A stretch of DNA of 24,869 nucleotides, taken from positions 1-24,869 of IMG/VR virus record IMGVR_UViG_3300032328_000502, one strand, 5' to 3'. The position numbers and the translations under genes are program-made. The notes beneath the pieces are model-generated. The model had not been told where the DNA came from and did no database searches. It saw nothing but the letters and a program-made list of their open reading frames with translations. Every line of letters starts with the position of its first letter. Positions within the stretch are counted from its first letter, which is position 1. Positions 6,515-15,005 of this stretch are shown piece after piece. Source of the DNA: a virus (Duplodnaviria; Caudoviricetes).

Positions 6515-7365
6515 AGTATGTAGTAGTTGTTCCTTATACAGTACAATCCGTAATGGATGAGTTTATGTCAACATGTAAGCTTGAAAATGTTTTAAAGATT
6601 GATAACACTACAAATAATATTGGATGTATGGCAAGCCATAACCTTGGTGTTGATAAGATGTATGAAACCGACTCCGACTGGCTTATTGTGATTAGCCCAG
6701 CAATTCGTTTTGGTGCTGCTGGAGGTTTAGACTTTGTAGAAAAATTAAAAACCACTAAGCATAAGATTGTAGAAAGCATGGGTGTTTTTGGCTGGCATTT
6801 AATTGCCTTTCATAAAGATGTTATAGATAAAGTTGGAAAGTGGGATACCAACTTTACTCCATATGGATATGATGATCTTGATTATAGTATTAGAATTCAA
6901 AAAGCTTTTCCATTTGCATTTTCAGATGAGGAAAAGTTTGCCGTTAACTCTGAAAAAATGCTTCTTTGGACAAAAGAATTAGTTGATGTAAAAGATACAA
7001 TAATGTCACATAGCATGAAGCTAAATAAAATAAATACAGATGATCCACACCATAGAAAATACTACGAAAAAAAGTGGGGCGCAACTCCTGGAACAGGAGA
7101 ACATTTGCTCAATACATATGAACACCCATTTAATAATCCTGAAAATGATATAAAATATTTTTCTAATGATTACTATAATGAATGGATAGAAAAAAAATCA
7201 ACTAAAAACAATACAAAATTTAAAGAAACATTAATCACATGTACAAATTGCAGTAATACTTTCAAATATGATTCAACAAATATTGAAAGCAATATAGAAA
7301 TAACCACTTGTGGTGTTTGTAATCCAGTAATTGTCTACCATAACGGATTGAGGGAAATAAAATGA
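6511..7365 (+). CDS. GT2-like glycosyltransferase with a C-terminal bL31-like zinc ribbon
   Basis: NIGCMASHNLG, VGKWDTNFTPYGYDDLDYSIR, YYEKKWG; C-terminal ETLITCTNCSNTF...ITTCGVCNP. Confidence 0.8.
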   Translation: MKYVVVVPYTVQSVMDEFMSTCKLENVLKIDNTTNNIGCMASHNLGVDKMYETDSDWLIVISPAIRFGAAGGLDFVEKLKTTKHKIVESMGVFGWHLIAFHKDVIDKVGKWDTNFTPYGYDDLDYSIRIQKAFPFAFSDEEKFAVNSEKMLLWTKELVDVKDTIMSHSMKLNKINTDDPHHRKYYEKKWGATPGTGEHLLNTYEHPFNNPENDIKYFSNDYYNEWIEKKSTKNNTKFKETLITCTNCSNTFKYDSTNIESNIEITTCGVCNPVIVYHNGLREIK

Positions 7366-8075
7366 CAGAGATGGTAAAAGCCGTTATTAACGGAGAGTTT
7401 GAAATTGTTTTGCCTAAGCATCGTGCAGATAGACCAGATTGGTATCTAGAGCATGGCTGGGAAAAACTAAGACTAAAGTCAATGCACGAAAATATTGGTA
7501 AAGGCGATGTTGTTTATTATGTTGGTGCTGAAGAGGGAGAGATGCCTGCCCTATGCCAAATGTGGGGTGCAGAAGTAGTTTTATTTGAACCTAATCCAAA
7601 AGTTTGGTCACACTTTCCACTACTATGGAGTGCAAATGGTTTAGAAAAACCAATTATTTCTATTCCTGGATTTGCATCAGATAAAGATAATGATCTTGCA
7701 CGTATTTATTATAATGAGTTCCCGCCAGAAGCAGATTCACCAATTGAGGCTGCACATGGATTTAAAGAACTACAATATGAAGCAGATATGTATGGTCAAA
7801 CAAAGATTGACACTCTAGTATATGAAAAAGGAATTAAGCCACCTACAGCAATATCTCTTGATGTTGAAGGTAGCGAATGGCGTGTACTTGGTGGTGCAGA
7901 AAAAGTTATGAGAGAGTTTAGACCAAAGATCTGGTTATCTGGTCATCCAGAGTTTATGATGATGTATTGGCAAGAATACCTTTATGATCTTAGACAATTT
8001 ATTAAAAACATTGGTTATATCGAACACTTAATAGACTACCAGCATGAGGTTCATTTTTATTATGAACCAATCTAA
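7362..8075 (+). CDS. FkbM-family SAM-dependent methyltransferase
   Basis: YYVGAEEG, FEPNP, ISLDVEGSEWRVLGGA. Confidence 0.85.
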   Translation: MTEMVKAVINGEFEIVLPKHRADRPDWYLEHGWEKLRLKSMHENIGKGDVVYYVGAEEGEMPALCQMWGAEVVLFEPNPKVWSHFPLLWSANGLEKPIISIPGFASDKDNDLARIYYNEFPPEADSPIEAAHGFKELQYEADMYGQTKIDTLVYEKGIKPPTAISLDVEGSEWRVLGGAEKVMREFRPKIWLSGHPEFMMMYWQEYLYDLRQFIKNIGYIEHLIDYQHEVHFYYEPI

Positions 8076-8916
8076 ATGTTATTTGTATTCTTTTAGTGAA
8101 CAAGATTGTGCTGCTGATAAATGGGATTACGGTTTACTAAAAGAAATATTTGATAAGTATAAAGTAGATCAAATTAAGGTAACATCCATTCCCAAAGCTG
8201 ATCGTGGTTTTGTTGTAGTTCCTGGACCTCAAAACCTAGGCCATGAAAAAGAGGTTAATAATCAAATACAAAACCTTTCAAGAGTTGTTTTATTTATTAC
8301 AGGGGATGAAGAGGGTAGGTTTGACATAAGTAAGATTAGTCATCCTAATGCTGAAATATGGATTCAATACCCTCATGAAAAACACCAAGGCTATAATAAA
8401 ATACCAATAGGTGTACCTCAGCATCTCAAGAAGTTGGTTCCTAACTATCCTTCTAAATATCATGACTTGTATTTTGGTGGACAGATCACTCATCCTAGAC
8501 GAGAACAGTTGGCCGATGCTATAAAGGACATGCCAAATGCCCTTTTTAAGCCAACAGAAGGCTTTGCACAGGGAGACAAGCCCTTAGACTACTATCGCAT
8601 ACTGGCCAGTGCCAAGATTGCTCCTGCGCCCTCTGGGGCGGTAGTTATTGACTCTTTTAGGCTCTTTGAGGCCATAGAGATGTTATGCTTGCCAATTGCT
8701 GATAGGGTTGACGCAAAGGGCAATACCATAGAATTCTATCAAGATGTTTTTGGATACGAGATACCAGTTACTCACGTATCTGACTGGTTTGAGTTACATA
8801 AATTGACCCCTAAGTTATTGGAACAATATCCAAACAATATGCACAGGGTAGTTTCTTGGTGGATAAAATATAAGAGAGATTTAGGTATTAAGATTATGAG
8901 ACAACTAAATGGGTAA
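8062..8916 (+). CDS. Exostosin (GT47)-like glycosyltransferase (start 8062 or 8044)
   Basis: LYFGGQ, SAKIAPAPSG, SFRLFEAIEMLCLPI. Confidence 0.7.
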   Translation: MNQSKCYLYSFSEQDCAADKWDYGLLKEIFDKYKVDQIKVTSIPKADRGFVVVPGPQNLGHEKEVNNQIQNLSRVVLFITGDEEGRFDISKISHPNAEIWIQYPHEKHQGYNKIPIGVPQHLKKLVPNYPSKYHDLYFGGQITHPRREQLADAIKDMPNALFKPTEGFAQGDKPLDYYRILASAKIAPAPSGAVVIDSFRLFEAIEMLCLPIADRVDAKGNTIEFYQDVFGYEIPVTHVSDWFELHKLTPKLLEQYPNNMHRVVSWWIKYKRDLGIKIMRQLNG

Positions 8917-9640
8917 AGACGATGTAACAATTATTGTTGTCACCTCTGTGTTGCCAAGCCATCCAGACACAACAATTCTTGATGAAACTATTAGAGAAGT
9001 TCGGATCCATTTTCCAGAAAATGAAATCATTTTGCAAATTGATGGCCTGCGTGAAGAAAGATTAAACAGAAAAGCAGACTATGATGAGTTTAAAAACCGT
9101 GTTCTTTGGAAGTGTTTGCATGAATGGAAAAATGTTTTACCAATAATTTTTGACAACCATAGTCATCAGACAACAATGATGAAAGAAACAGTTGATTTAA
9201 TACAAACATCTGCCATGCTTTATGTTGAAGGAGATGCTCCCCTTACTGGTGATAGACATATTCACTGGGAAGAATGCTTAGACATGTTGGAGTTTGGTGA
9301 AGCAAACACAATTAGGTTTCACTTTGAAGCAGTAATTCCTACAGATCATAATCACCTTATGCTTGAAAAGAAAGGCAACTTTTTAAAAACAATTCAGTGG
9401 AGTCAAAGACCTCATTTATCTTTAGTTAAATATTATAAAGATATTATTCTTCCCTTTTCTGATGAAAAAACTTTCATTGAAGATAGATTTCATGGCAAAG
9501 TTCAAGATGATGGTTGGAATGCACATAAACTTTGGATATACCATCCAGATGGAGATATAAAGCGTTCATATCATTTAGATGGACGTGCGGGTACTAGAAA
9601 GTTTACAGGAGATGATGAAGCATGGGGGCTAACTGAATGA
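8909..9640 (+). CDS. Putative GT-A fold glycosyltransferase
   Basis: N-terminal beta strand TIIVVTS..PSHP, LYVEGD (DxD-like), YHLDGR; coupled within the GT operon. Confidence 0.55.
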   Translation: MGKDDVTIIVVTSVLPSHPDTTILDETIREVRIHFPENEIILQIDGLREERLNRKADYDEFKNRVLWKCLHEWKNVLPIIFDNHSHQTTMMKETVDLIQTSAMLYVEGDAPLTGDRHIHWEECLDMLEFGEANTIRFHFEAVIPTDHNHLMLEKKGNFLKTIQWSQRPHLSLVKYYKDIILPFSDEKTFIEDRFHGKVQDDGWNAHKLWIYHPDGDIKRSYHLDGRAGTRKFTGDDEAWGLTE

Positions 9641-10671
9641 GACTTGGTATTATTGCAAGGTCTGATAATACTGGACTAGGAAATCAAACTAGAGAATTAG
9701 CTAATATGCTTAATCCAACCAAGATTATGCTCATTGACTCAACACCTTTTAATAAAAACAATCAGCATCCAGAATGGTATGAAGGATATAATATACATCC
9801 AGTAAGGGGCTTTCCAAAGTCTAATGATATAACTGAATTTATTCGTGGGCTAGATGTTGTATTGACCTGTGAAACATTTTATAACCATCAATTTATAGAT
9901 CTTGCAAGACGTGCTGGTGTTAAGACTGTTTTACAGTATAACTATGAGTTCTTGGATCATTTAAATAATAAAGATTTAGCACTGCCAGATGTATTCCTAG
10001 CACCAAGCTTATGGAACTTTGAGCGTATGACTGAGTTATTTGGTAGTAAAACTATTATTTCATATTTACCGCCACCAACAGACCACACATTGTTTGATGG
10101 CATAAGAGAAAATAACTACTCAAAACACCATAATAGAATACTTCATATCGGAGGCAAAGCTGCTTCTGAGGATAGAAATGGAACAAATTCTGTTGTTGAG
10201 ATGCTAAAGTATTCACAAGAAGATTTTCAGGTTGTTATCAGAACACAGACTCCGCTATCTATACATTGTGATAATCCAAGACTTATTATAGACAACAACA
10301 ATTCAGAAAGCCGTGAGGCTATGTATGATGGTTTTGACGCAATGGTTTTGCCAAGAAGATATGCTGGACTATGCTTGCCAATGAATGAGGCTCTAATGTC
10401 TGGTCTTCCAGTATTTATGACAGATATTTCACCAAATAACAAGATACTTCCACAAGAGTGGTTAGCGCAATCTAATAAGATTACTACTTTAAGAACAAGA
10501 GCAATACTTGATGTTTATGCTGCTGATCCAAGAAACCTTGCACGTATTGTTGATGGATACATGAAAGAAAAAAACACAACTGCTCAAAAGGAAAAAGCTT
10601 TTAATATTGGAACAAATAACTTTTCTGTTGAAAATCTAAAACAAAAGTATCTAGATATTTTAGAGAAATAA
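9637..10671 (+). CDS. GT4-family glycosyltransferase
   Basis: MVLPRRYAGLCLPMNEALMSGLPVFMTD signature. Confidence 0.88.
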   Translation: MRLGIIARSDNTGLGNQTRELANMLNPTKIMLIDSTPFNKNNQHPEWYEGYNIHPVRGFPKSNDITEFIRGLDVVLTCETFYNHQFIDLARRAGVKTVLQYNYEFLDHLNNKDLALPDVFLAPSLWNFERMTELFGSKTIISYLPPPTDHTLFDGIRENNYSKHHNRILHIGGKAASEDRNGTNSVVEMLKYSQEDFQVVIRTQTPLSIHCDNPRLIIDNNNSESREAMYDGFDAMVLPRRYAGLCLPMNEALMSGLPVFMTDISPNNKILPQEWLAQSNKITTLRTRAILDVYAADPRNLARIVDGYMKEKNTTAQKEKAFNIGTNNFSVENLKQKYLDILEK

Positions 10672-10697
10672 AAAAGCGGATCCGAAGATCCGCCTTT
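10670..10697 (-). terminator. Intrinsic terminator between convergent blocks (possibly bidirectional)
   Basis: Minus strand GCGGATC-TTCG-GATCCGC then a T-run; CTTT on the plus side. Confidence 0.85.
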
Positions 10698-10712
10698 CTA
10701 TATAAGATAAAC

Positions 10713-10979
10713 TTACTTCTTATCAGCAGGCTTCTTTGCAGCCTTCTTCTTAATGACCTTTGCATTCTTTAGTGCTGCTTCAATGTCTGATTCAGCAGGC
10801 ATACGTCCAAATGCCTTGTCATTAGGGTTAACTGCTCTTAATACCACTGGTACAAGCGCACCAACTAGTGAGTATACAAGAGTTTCTGGATCTGTCACAC
10901 CAGCTGCGTACATTGCAGTTGCTGCACCAAGAACTGATCGTCCGTATGATGCAAGTACTGCTTTAATTTGTTGATTCAT
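10713..10979 (-). CDS. Small membrane protein, holin-like
   Basis: Two hydrophobic segments, basic KKKAAKKPADKK tail, AGGAGG SD. Confidence 0.6.
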   Translation of the reverse strand: MNQQIKAVLASYGRSVLGAATAMYAAGVTDPETLVYSLVGALVPVVLRAVNPNDKAFGRMPAESDIEAALKNAKVIKKKAAKKPADKK

Positions 10980-11034
10980 TTTATTCCTCCTAGGATATAT
11001 TTTTTTATTAGTATAGTGTAGCCAGTCATGTTTT

Positions 11035-11202
11035 TCATCTGTCTACCACGATATACTCTCTGTGATGTTTTTCACAGAAGTCTACGTATCTTGTTTCTGT
11101 CATTGCAAGTATTTTTGCTTCTTCAATGCATTCTTGTATTTCACATACAGCATAGTCATAGCGAATGCTATCTTCAAACTTTTTGATTTTAAGATGTTTC
11201 AT
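11035..11202 (-). CDS. 55-aa hypothetical protein (start revised to 11202)
   Basis: ATGA overlap with the upstream gene; C..C...FCEKH. Confidence 0.6.
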   Translation of the reverse strand: MKHLKIKKFEDSIRYDYAVCEIQECIEEAKILAMTETRYVDFCEKHHREYIVVDR

Positions 11203-11408
11203 TCTTTCATTCCATAATCTTTGCTTGGATTTTCTGGATGATCTATTGGTGTGGGTGCTGTACACATAGTGCCACAGTCATGACATTGTATGTCTAAATG
11301 ATACATTCCAACCATATAGGTAGAAGCATCAAATGATACCAGCGCTCTAAATAAAGTACCGCCACAACTTGGACACTCACAAGTTGGTATTCCTCTAGCG
11401 TCTATCAT
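11199..11408 (-). CDS. Zinc-ribbon protein
   Basis: CPSCG...CHDCG. Confidence 0.75.
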   Translation of the reverse strand: MIDARGIPTCECPSCGGTLFRALVSFDASTYMVGMYHLDIQCHDCGTMCTAPTPIDHPENPSKDYGMKE

Positions 11409-11820
11409 CGACTTCCTCTGGTAATAATTTTTTTAAATCTTTATATGCCGAAGATATTTTTTTCATTGAATGGTAATGTGGATAAGCATCTCCAACTATT
11501 CCATACTCATCAAAGTACATAATTTCTGGTTCAATATCTCTAATAAATTTTTCTAATTCTTTTTGAACATCTTCAATATATTCAAATGCCCAATCACGAG
11601 AATCAGATAAAAATTTAATAAAGTTTTCTTTATGAATGTCTTGTTCGTCTTTGCTTATTGGAGACTGCATACTTAATTCAAAAGCTTCACGCATACTTGA
11701 GTTTAATGAAACCATCTGTGCAAAAGACCTGCTAACTACCTTTAGTCTTTTGAGTGCAGAAAAGTATGCAATAGCAAAAGACACAGCAAACAGACTAGCA
11801 ACTATAAGACCAATTTTCAT
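11395..11820 (-). CDS. Membrane-anchored hypothetical protein
   Basis: N-terminal TM; TGATACAAT promoter at 11852-11844. Confidence 0.75.
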   Translation of the reverse strand: MKIGLIVASLFAVSFAIAYFSALKRLKVVSRSFAQMVSLNSSMREAFELSMQSPISKDEQDIHKENFIKFLSDSRDWAFEYIEDVQKELEKFIRDIEPEIMYFDEYGIVGDAYPHYHSMKKISSAYKDLKKLLPEEVDDRR

Positions 11821-11849
11821 TCTATCCTTTTTCTCTCAATACTATTGTA

Positions 11850-12758
11850 TCACTGATATCCATATACATCTTTAAAATTGACCCCTGTTATTTTTTCATA
11901 ATCTTCCAATGCTCTTACTGAGCCTACACCATAAATGCCAGACTCTATACCACATAAGATTATTTTTTGTTTTTCCCAAGATTTTAACTCTAAGTGTTTC
12001 CAAGATACTGTTTTAAAATTTTCAGCATCCCATACTTTTTTATATTCTGGTCTAAGATAAAAATGATATAATATAACTTTTGATGGTGAATATATGTCCC
12101 ATCCTCTAGTCCATGCTCTTACTGCAAAACATAACTCTTCACCAAAAAAACTAATGTCTGGGTCATATGGAACTTCATTAACTATATTTCCAGTAGTAAA
12201 AATAAAACCAGCCAACACAGTTGTTGACTCTTCAGGATATTTTTTTTGACGATCACTAAACTCTACTCTTTTAGCTGTCCAGTTATTTCTTCTGGTAAAC
12301 AAAGGCTTTTGCTTAGTAGGATATGCAGGCATCTTCTTATTATTTTTAATAAAAAATATAGAATTATCTGGTTCAATGGTAAATGGAGCAGGGAAAGCAG
12401 AAAGAATAATTTTATCATTATTGGCAATCTGTTTTGCCTTATCGTGTTCATCTATACACATAAGATCCCAGTCTTTTTCAAACAATGTATGTGAATCTAT
12501 TTGCAAAAAGTATTCTTGATTATTATATGCTTTCATTGCAATCGATCTTGCATACCCCGCTCCCCTTGCTTCTTTTGGGTGCATAGTTATTAAACTTAAA
12601 TTTGGAACCCAAGATAAATCTGGGGTACTATCTTCAAAGTCTTGAATAACTATTGAAAAATACAGTTCATCTGGATTTGCAGCATTGCTTATTGCAGATC
12701 TAATAGTCCTAGTTAGTTCTGGATCACGATAGCTTGCTATTGATATAAATATGCTCAT
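11850..12758 (-). CDS. GT60-like (Skp1/Gnt1-type) protein GlcNAc-transferase
   Basis: IFISIASYRDPEL, YFLQIDSH..F...WD, FFGEE...RAWTRGWDIYSP. Confidence 0.85.
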   Translation of the reverse strand: MSIFISIASYRDPELTRTIRSAISNAANPDELYFSIVIQDFEDSTPDLSWVPNLSLITMHPKEARGAGYARSIAMKAYNNQEYFLQIDSHTLFEKDWDLMCIDEHDKAKQIANNDKIILSAFPAPFTIEPDNSIFFIKNNKKMPAYPTKQKPLFTRRNNWTAKRVEFSDRQKKYPEESTTVLAGFIFTTGNIVNEVPYDPDISFFGEELCFAVRAWTRGWDIYSPSKVILYHFYLRPEYKKVWDAENFKTVSWKHLELKSWEKQKIILCGIESGIYGVGSVRALEDYEKITGVNFKDVYGYQ

Positions 12759-12768
12759 TGTTTACACA

Positions 12769-12999
12769 CTACTTGATTGGTTCTCTTGTAACCAATACAA
12801 TTGCGCCTTCCATCTCTAGTGCTTTTTTTACTATCGCCACATACCTAACTGCCTCTAATTTTTCATCATGGCTCATATGTAAAAATGATTTCTCATTTAG
12901 TTTAATAGTTAAAAAATTCTCATTATCTATTAATGTTACACCAAAATTTTTAGGTGCAGCAATAGAATGAAAAGCCCTACGCATTGTATCTGTATACAT
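12769..12999 (-). CDS. Hypothetical phage protein
   Basis: 76-aa ORF, TAATG-coupled. Confidence 0.75.
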   Translation of the reverse strand: MYTDTMRRAFHSIAAPKNFGVTLIDNENFLTIKLNEKSFLHMSHDEKLEAVRYVAIVKKALEMEGAIVLVTREPIK

Positions 13000-13208
13000 T
13001 ATTCTTCTTTTCTCCAGTGTAAAAATGATTTAATATATACAAAACCATATGCTACGGCAGCAAATATAAAACCGTATTGCTTGGTTGTTAGAGCATACAC
13101 AATCCATAGTACTTCATTAAGACATAGGATTAACCAACCCCAGATTGTCTTACGACCAACAAAGAATATACCAGTAACTCCAATAGCAGCTAATACATAT
13201 GACCACAT
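12999..13208 (-). CDS. 3-TM membrane protein resembling half a PnuC transporter
   Basis: Three hydrophobic helices, RKTIWGW, C-terminal W before a basic tail. Confidence 0.6.
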   Translation of the reverse strand: MWSYVLAAIGVTGIFFVGRKTIWGWLILCLNEVLWIVYALTTKQYGFIFAAVAYGFVYIKSFLHWRKEE

Positions 13209-13209
13209 A

Positions 13210-13494
13210 TTATTGATCCATTGTTAGTGATTGCCAAGTTAAAGACCATTGTTCTTTTGATCTATGACTATTAAATTCTCTTGAGATCTCTCCACCTTCT
13301 AGATAGATACCGCCCCATATACCCCACTCTTTTCCTGATACGCCATTGGCAAAACATGTTTTTGCTACTGGACATGTTCTACAAATAGAGTCAACAAACT
13401 CTCTACTTTCCATTTTTTCTTCATAATCATCAAAGAACATGTTTGTATCAGAGCCCAGACATTGAGCGTTATCTTTCCACAGGTGCTGTTTCAT
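13210..13494 (-). CDS. whiB: WhiB-family Fe-S transcription factor
   Basis: C-x..-CRTCPVAKTC and GIWGG motif. Confidence 0.93.
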   Translation of the reverse strand: MKQHLWKDNAQCLGSDTNMFFDDYEEKMESREFVDSICRTCPVAKTCFANGVSGKEWGIWGGIYLEGGEISREFNSHRSKEQWSLTWQSLTMDQ

Positions 13495-13495
13495 A

Positions 13496-13705
13496 TTAGC
13501 CCCTATATCTGTTTGGAATGTCCCATCCGTTACGAGTGACCTTATAAACTCTTTGCATGTACCAAAGACCCTTTACTCTCACACCGTTAACGGCAGTACG
13601 TGCAGAATCAGATCTCTTAAGATCCACTACATCCCAGCCCACCCAAGAAAGGTTGCTGTTTGCTTTTACAATCTTTTCCATCTTTTCTAAATTAGTTACG
13701 ATCAT
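13496..13705 (-). CDS. Hypothetical phage protein
   Basis: 69-aa ORF with a GGGG SD in a tightly packed operon. Confidence 0.75.
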   Translation of the reverse strand: MIVTNLEKMEKIVKANSNLSWVGWDVVDLKRSDSARTAVNGVRVKGLWYMQRVYKVTRNGWDIPNRYRG

Positions 13706-13713
13706 ACTTCCCC

Positions 13714-14064
13714 CTAGTATTTAAAAATTCCGACTTCAACGTTTTCTAGTTCTGCCTTAGCAACAAGTTTTGATGTTGTTTGCTTTGGATTACAAAGGTA
13801 TGCAAAATAATTTACATGCATCATGTTTTCTTCTACCCAATATGATGGAACTTTGTAATATTTAATTTTTCTTCCTCTTGCCTTCATACCACGTTCTGAA
13901 AGGTTTGAAAATTCAGAGACCATGGCATTGATTCTTACAGGACCTACCGAATAAATCTCAAAATCTGTATCATCTTTTCTCATACCAGATAGTGCAACAC
14001 CCATGGCACGAATGAAAACGCTGTAGTCATTAAACTCATTGGTCCCCTGGACTACTACTATCAT
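13714..14064 (-). CDS. SLOG/YspA-like protein (tentative)
   Basis: N-terminus IVVVQGTNEFNDY resembles the SLOG hhhGSRxFxDY motif. Confidence 0.5.
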   Translation of the reverse strand: MIVVVQGTNEFNDYSVFIRAMGVALSGMRKDDTDFEIYSVGPVRINAMVSEFSNLSERGMKARGRKIKYYKVPSYWVEENMMHVNYFAYLCNPKQTTSKLVAKAELENVEVGIFKY

Positions 14065-14455
14065 CTTTTTTCCCTTTTCTTAGGTTGTCTAATATAAAAA
14101 GCATCTTATCTATATCCTGTTTAGACATATTTGATATCTCAACAGGTTTTGCTGTCATATCAATAATGTCACCATTATTAGTTTCAGCAAAATAAAAGAC
14201 ATTATTTTTCACCCAGTAAGCTTTATTGTCTATAACAATAATCTTAATCATGGTTTTGCCAGCATGTTCTGCTGACTGTGATTTTATTTCTTTTTTATTA
14301 TTTATTTTTTTAGGTACAAAACTTATAATTGTTTGATGAATATCGCTTTGACTATAGCGAACACTTCTCAAAGTTTTTGAAATTTTGTACTTGTTTAATT
14401 CAATTATAGACCAAGAAGCAGCCAATGTCAAGCCAATAGCAAAAACATACTCCAT
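14036..14455 (-). CDS. Membrane-anchored hypothetical protein
   Basis: N-terminal hydrophobic segment, 139 aa. Confidence 0.7.
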   Translation of the reverse strand: MEYVFAIGLTLAASWSIIELNKYKISKTLRSVRYSQSDIHQTIISFVPKKINNKKEIKSQSAEHAGKTMIKIIVIDNKAYWVKNNVFYFAETNNGDIIDMTAKPVEISNMSKQDIDKMLFILDNLRKGKKDDSSSPGDQ

Positions 14456-14463
14456 GTTATTTA

Positions 14464-14634
14464 TTATTCAGATTTTGTTTTACTTATTTTGGTAGCAGGA
14501 ACTGGCTCAGTTGGTGTCATAACAAGCTTATTTAACTTGATCTGTGACTGCAATAACTGTAACTCTAAGTCTGCTGCTTTTTGCCTATAAAAGTTAAGTA
14601 ACTGATTAACTTCTTCAATTTTCATATCCTCCAC
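14464..14634 (-). CDS. 56-aa coiled-coil protein (not in ORF track)
   Basis: GTG start after AAGGGG; MEDMKIEEVNQLLNFYRQKAADLELQLLQSQIKLNKL... Confidence 0.7.
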   Translation of the reverse strand: MEDMKIEEVNQLLNFYRQKAADLELQLLQSQIKLNKLVMTPTEPVPATKISKTKSE

Positions 14635-14638
14635 TGCA

Positions 14639-15004
14639 CTACCCCTTTCTGAAACTAAATGGGCTACCTACCCAAGTTTTATTTGCCTTTTCTCTTTCTA
14701 CAATTGCACGGCTCCAGGAAAATCCTGCATCTCCGCCCCACGCTTCCCACATAATTCTTCCATTTGATGGGAACTCTGGTCCATCATAAAAACCTTTTCC
14801 TTTTTTATCTACTTCATGACGAGAAAAGAAAGAATACATTCTCTTAACAGTATCAAGAGACATTGGAGAACCATTGACAATATCTGTTGCTCTACCCCAA
14901 CCTACAGGGGTTCCAGCACCAGTTGCCTTACCTTCTTCTTTCCATTTCAAAGCACGTCGTGCAGCAGCTTTCATGCCAGCATTTGGTGAATATGTATCAG
15001 CCAT
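14639..15004 (-). CDS. Conserved phage protein, putatively head-associated
   Basis: RMYSFFSRH...PSNGRIMWEAWGGDAG, a pattern recalled from phage head-region proteins. Confidence 0.7.
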   Translation of the reverse strand: MADTYSPNAGMKAAARRALKWKEEGKATGAGTPVGWGRATDIVNGSPMSLDTVKRMYSFFSRHEVDKKGKGFYDGPEFPSNGRIMWEAWGGDAGFSWSRAIVEREKANKTWVGSPFSFRKG

Positions 15005-15005
15005 T

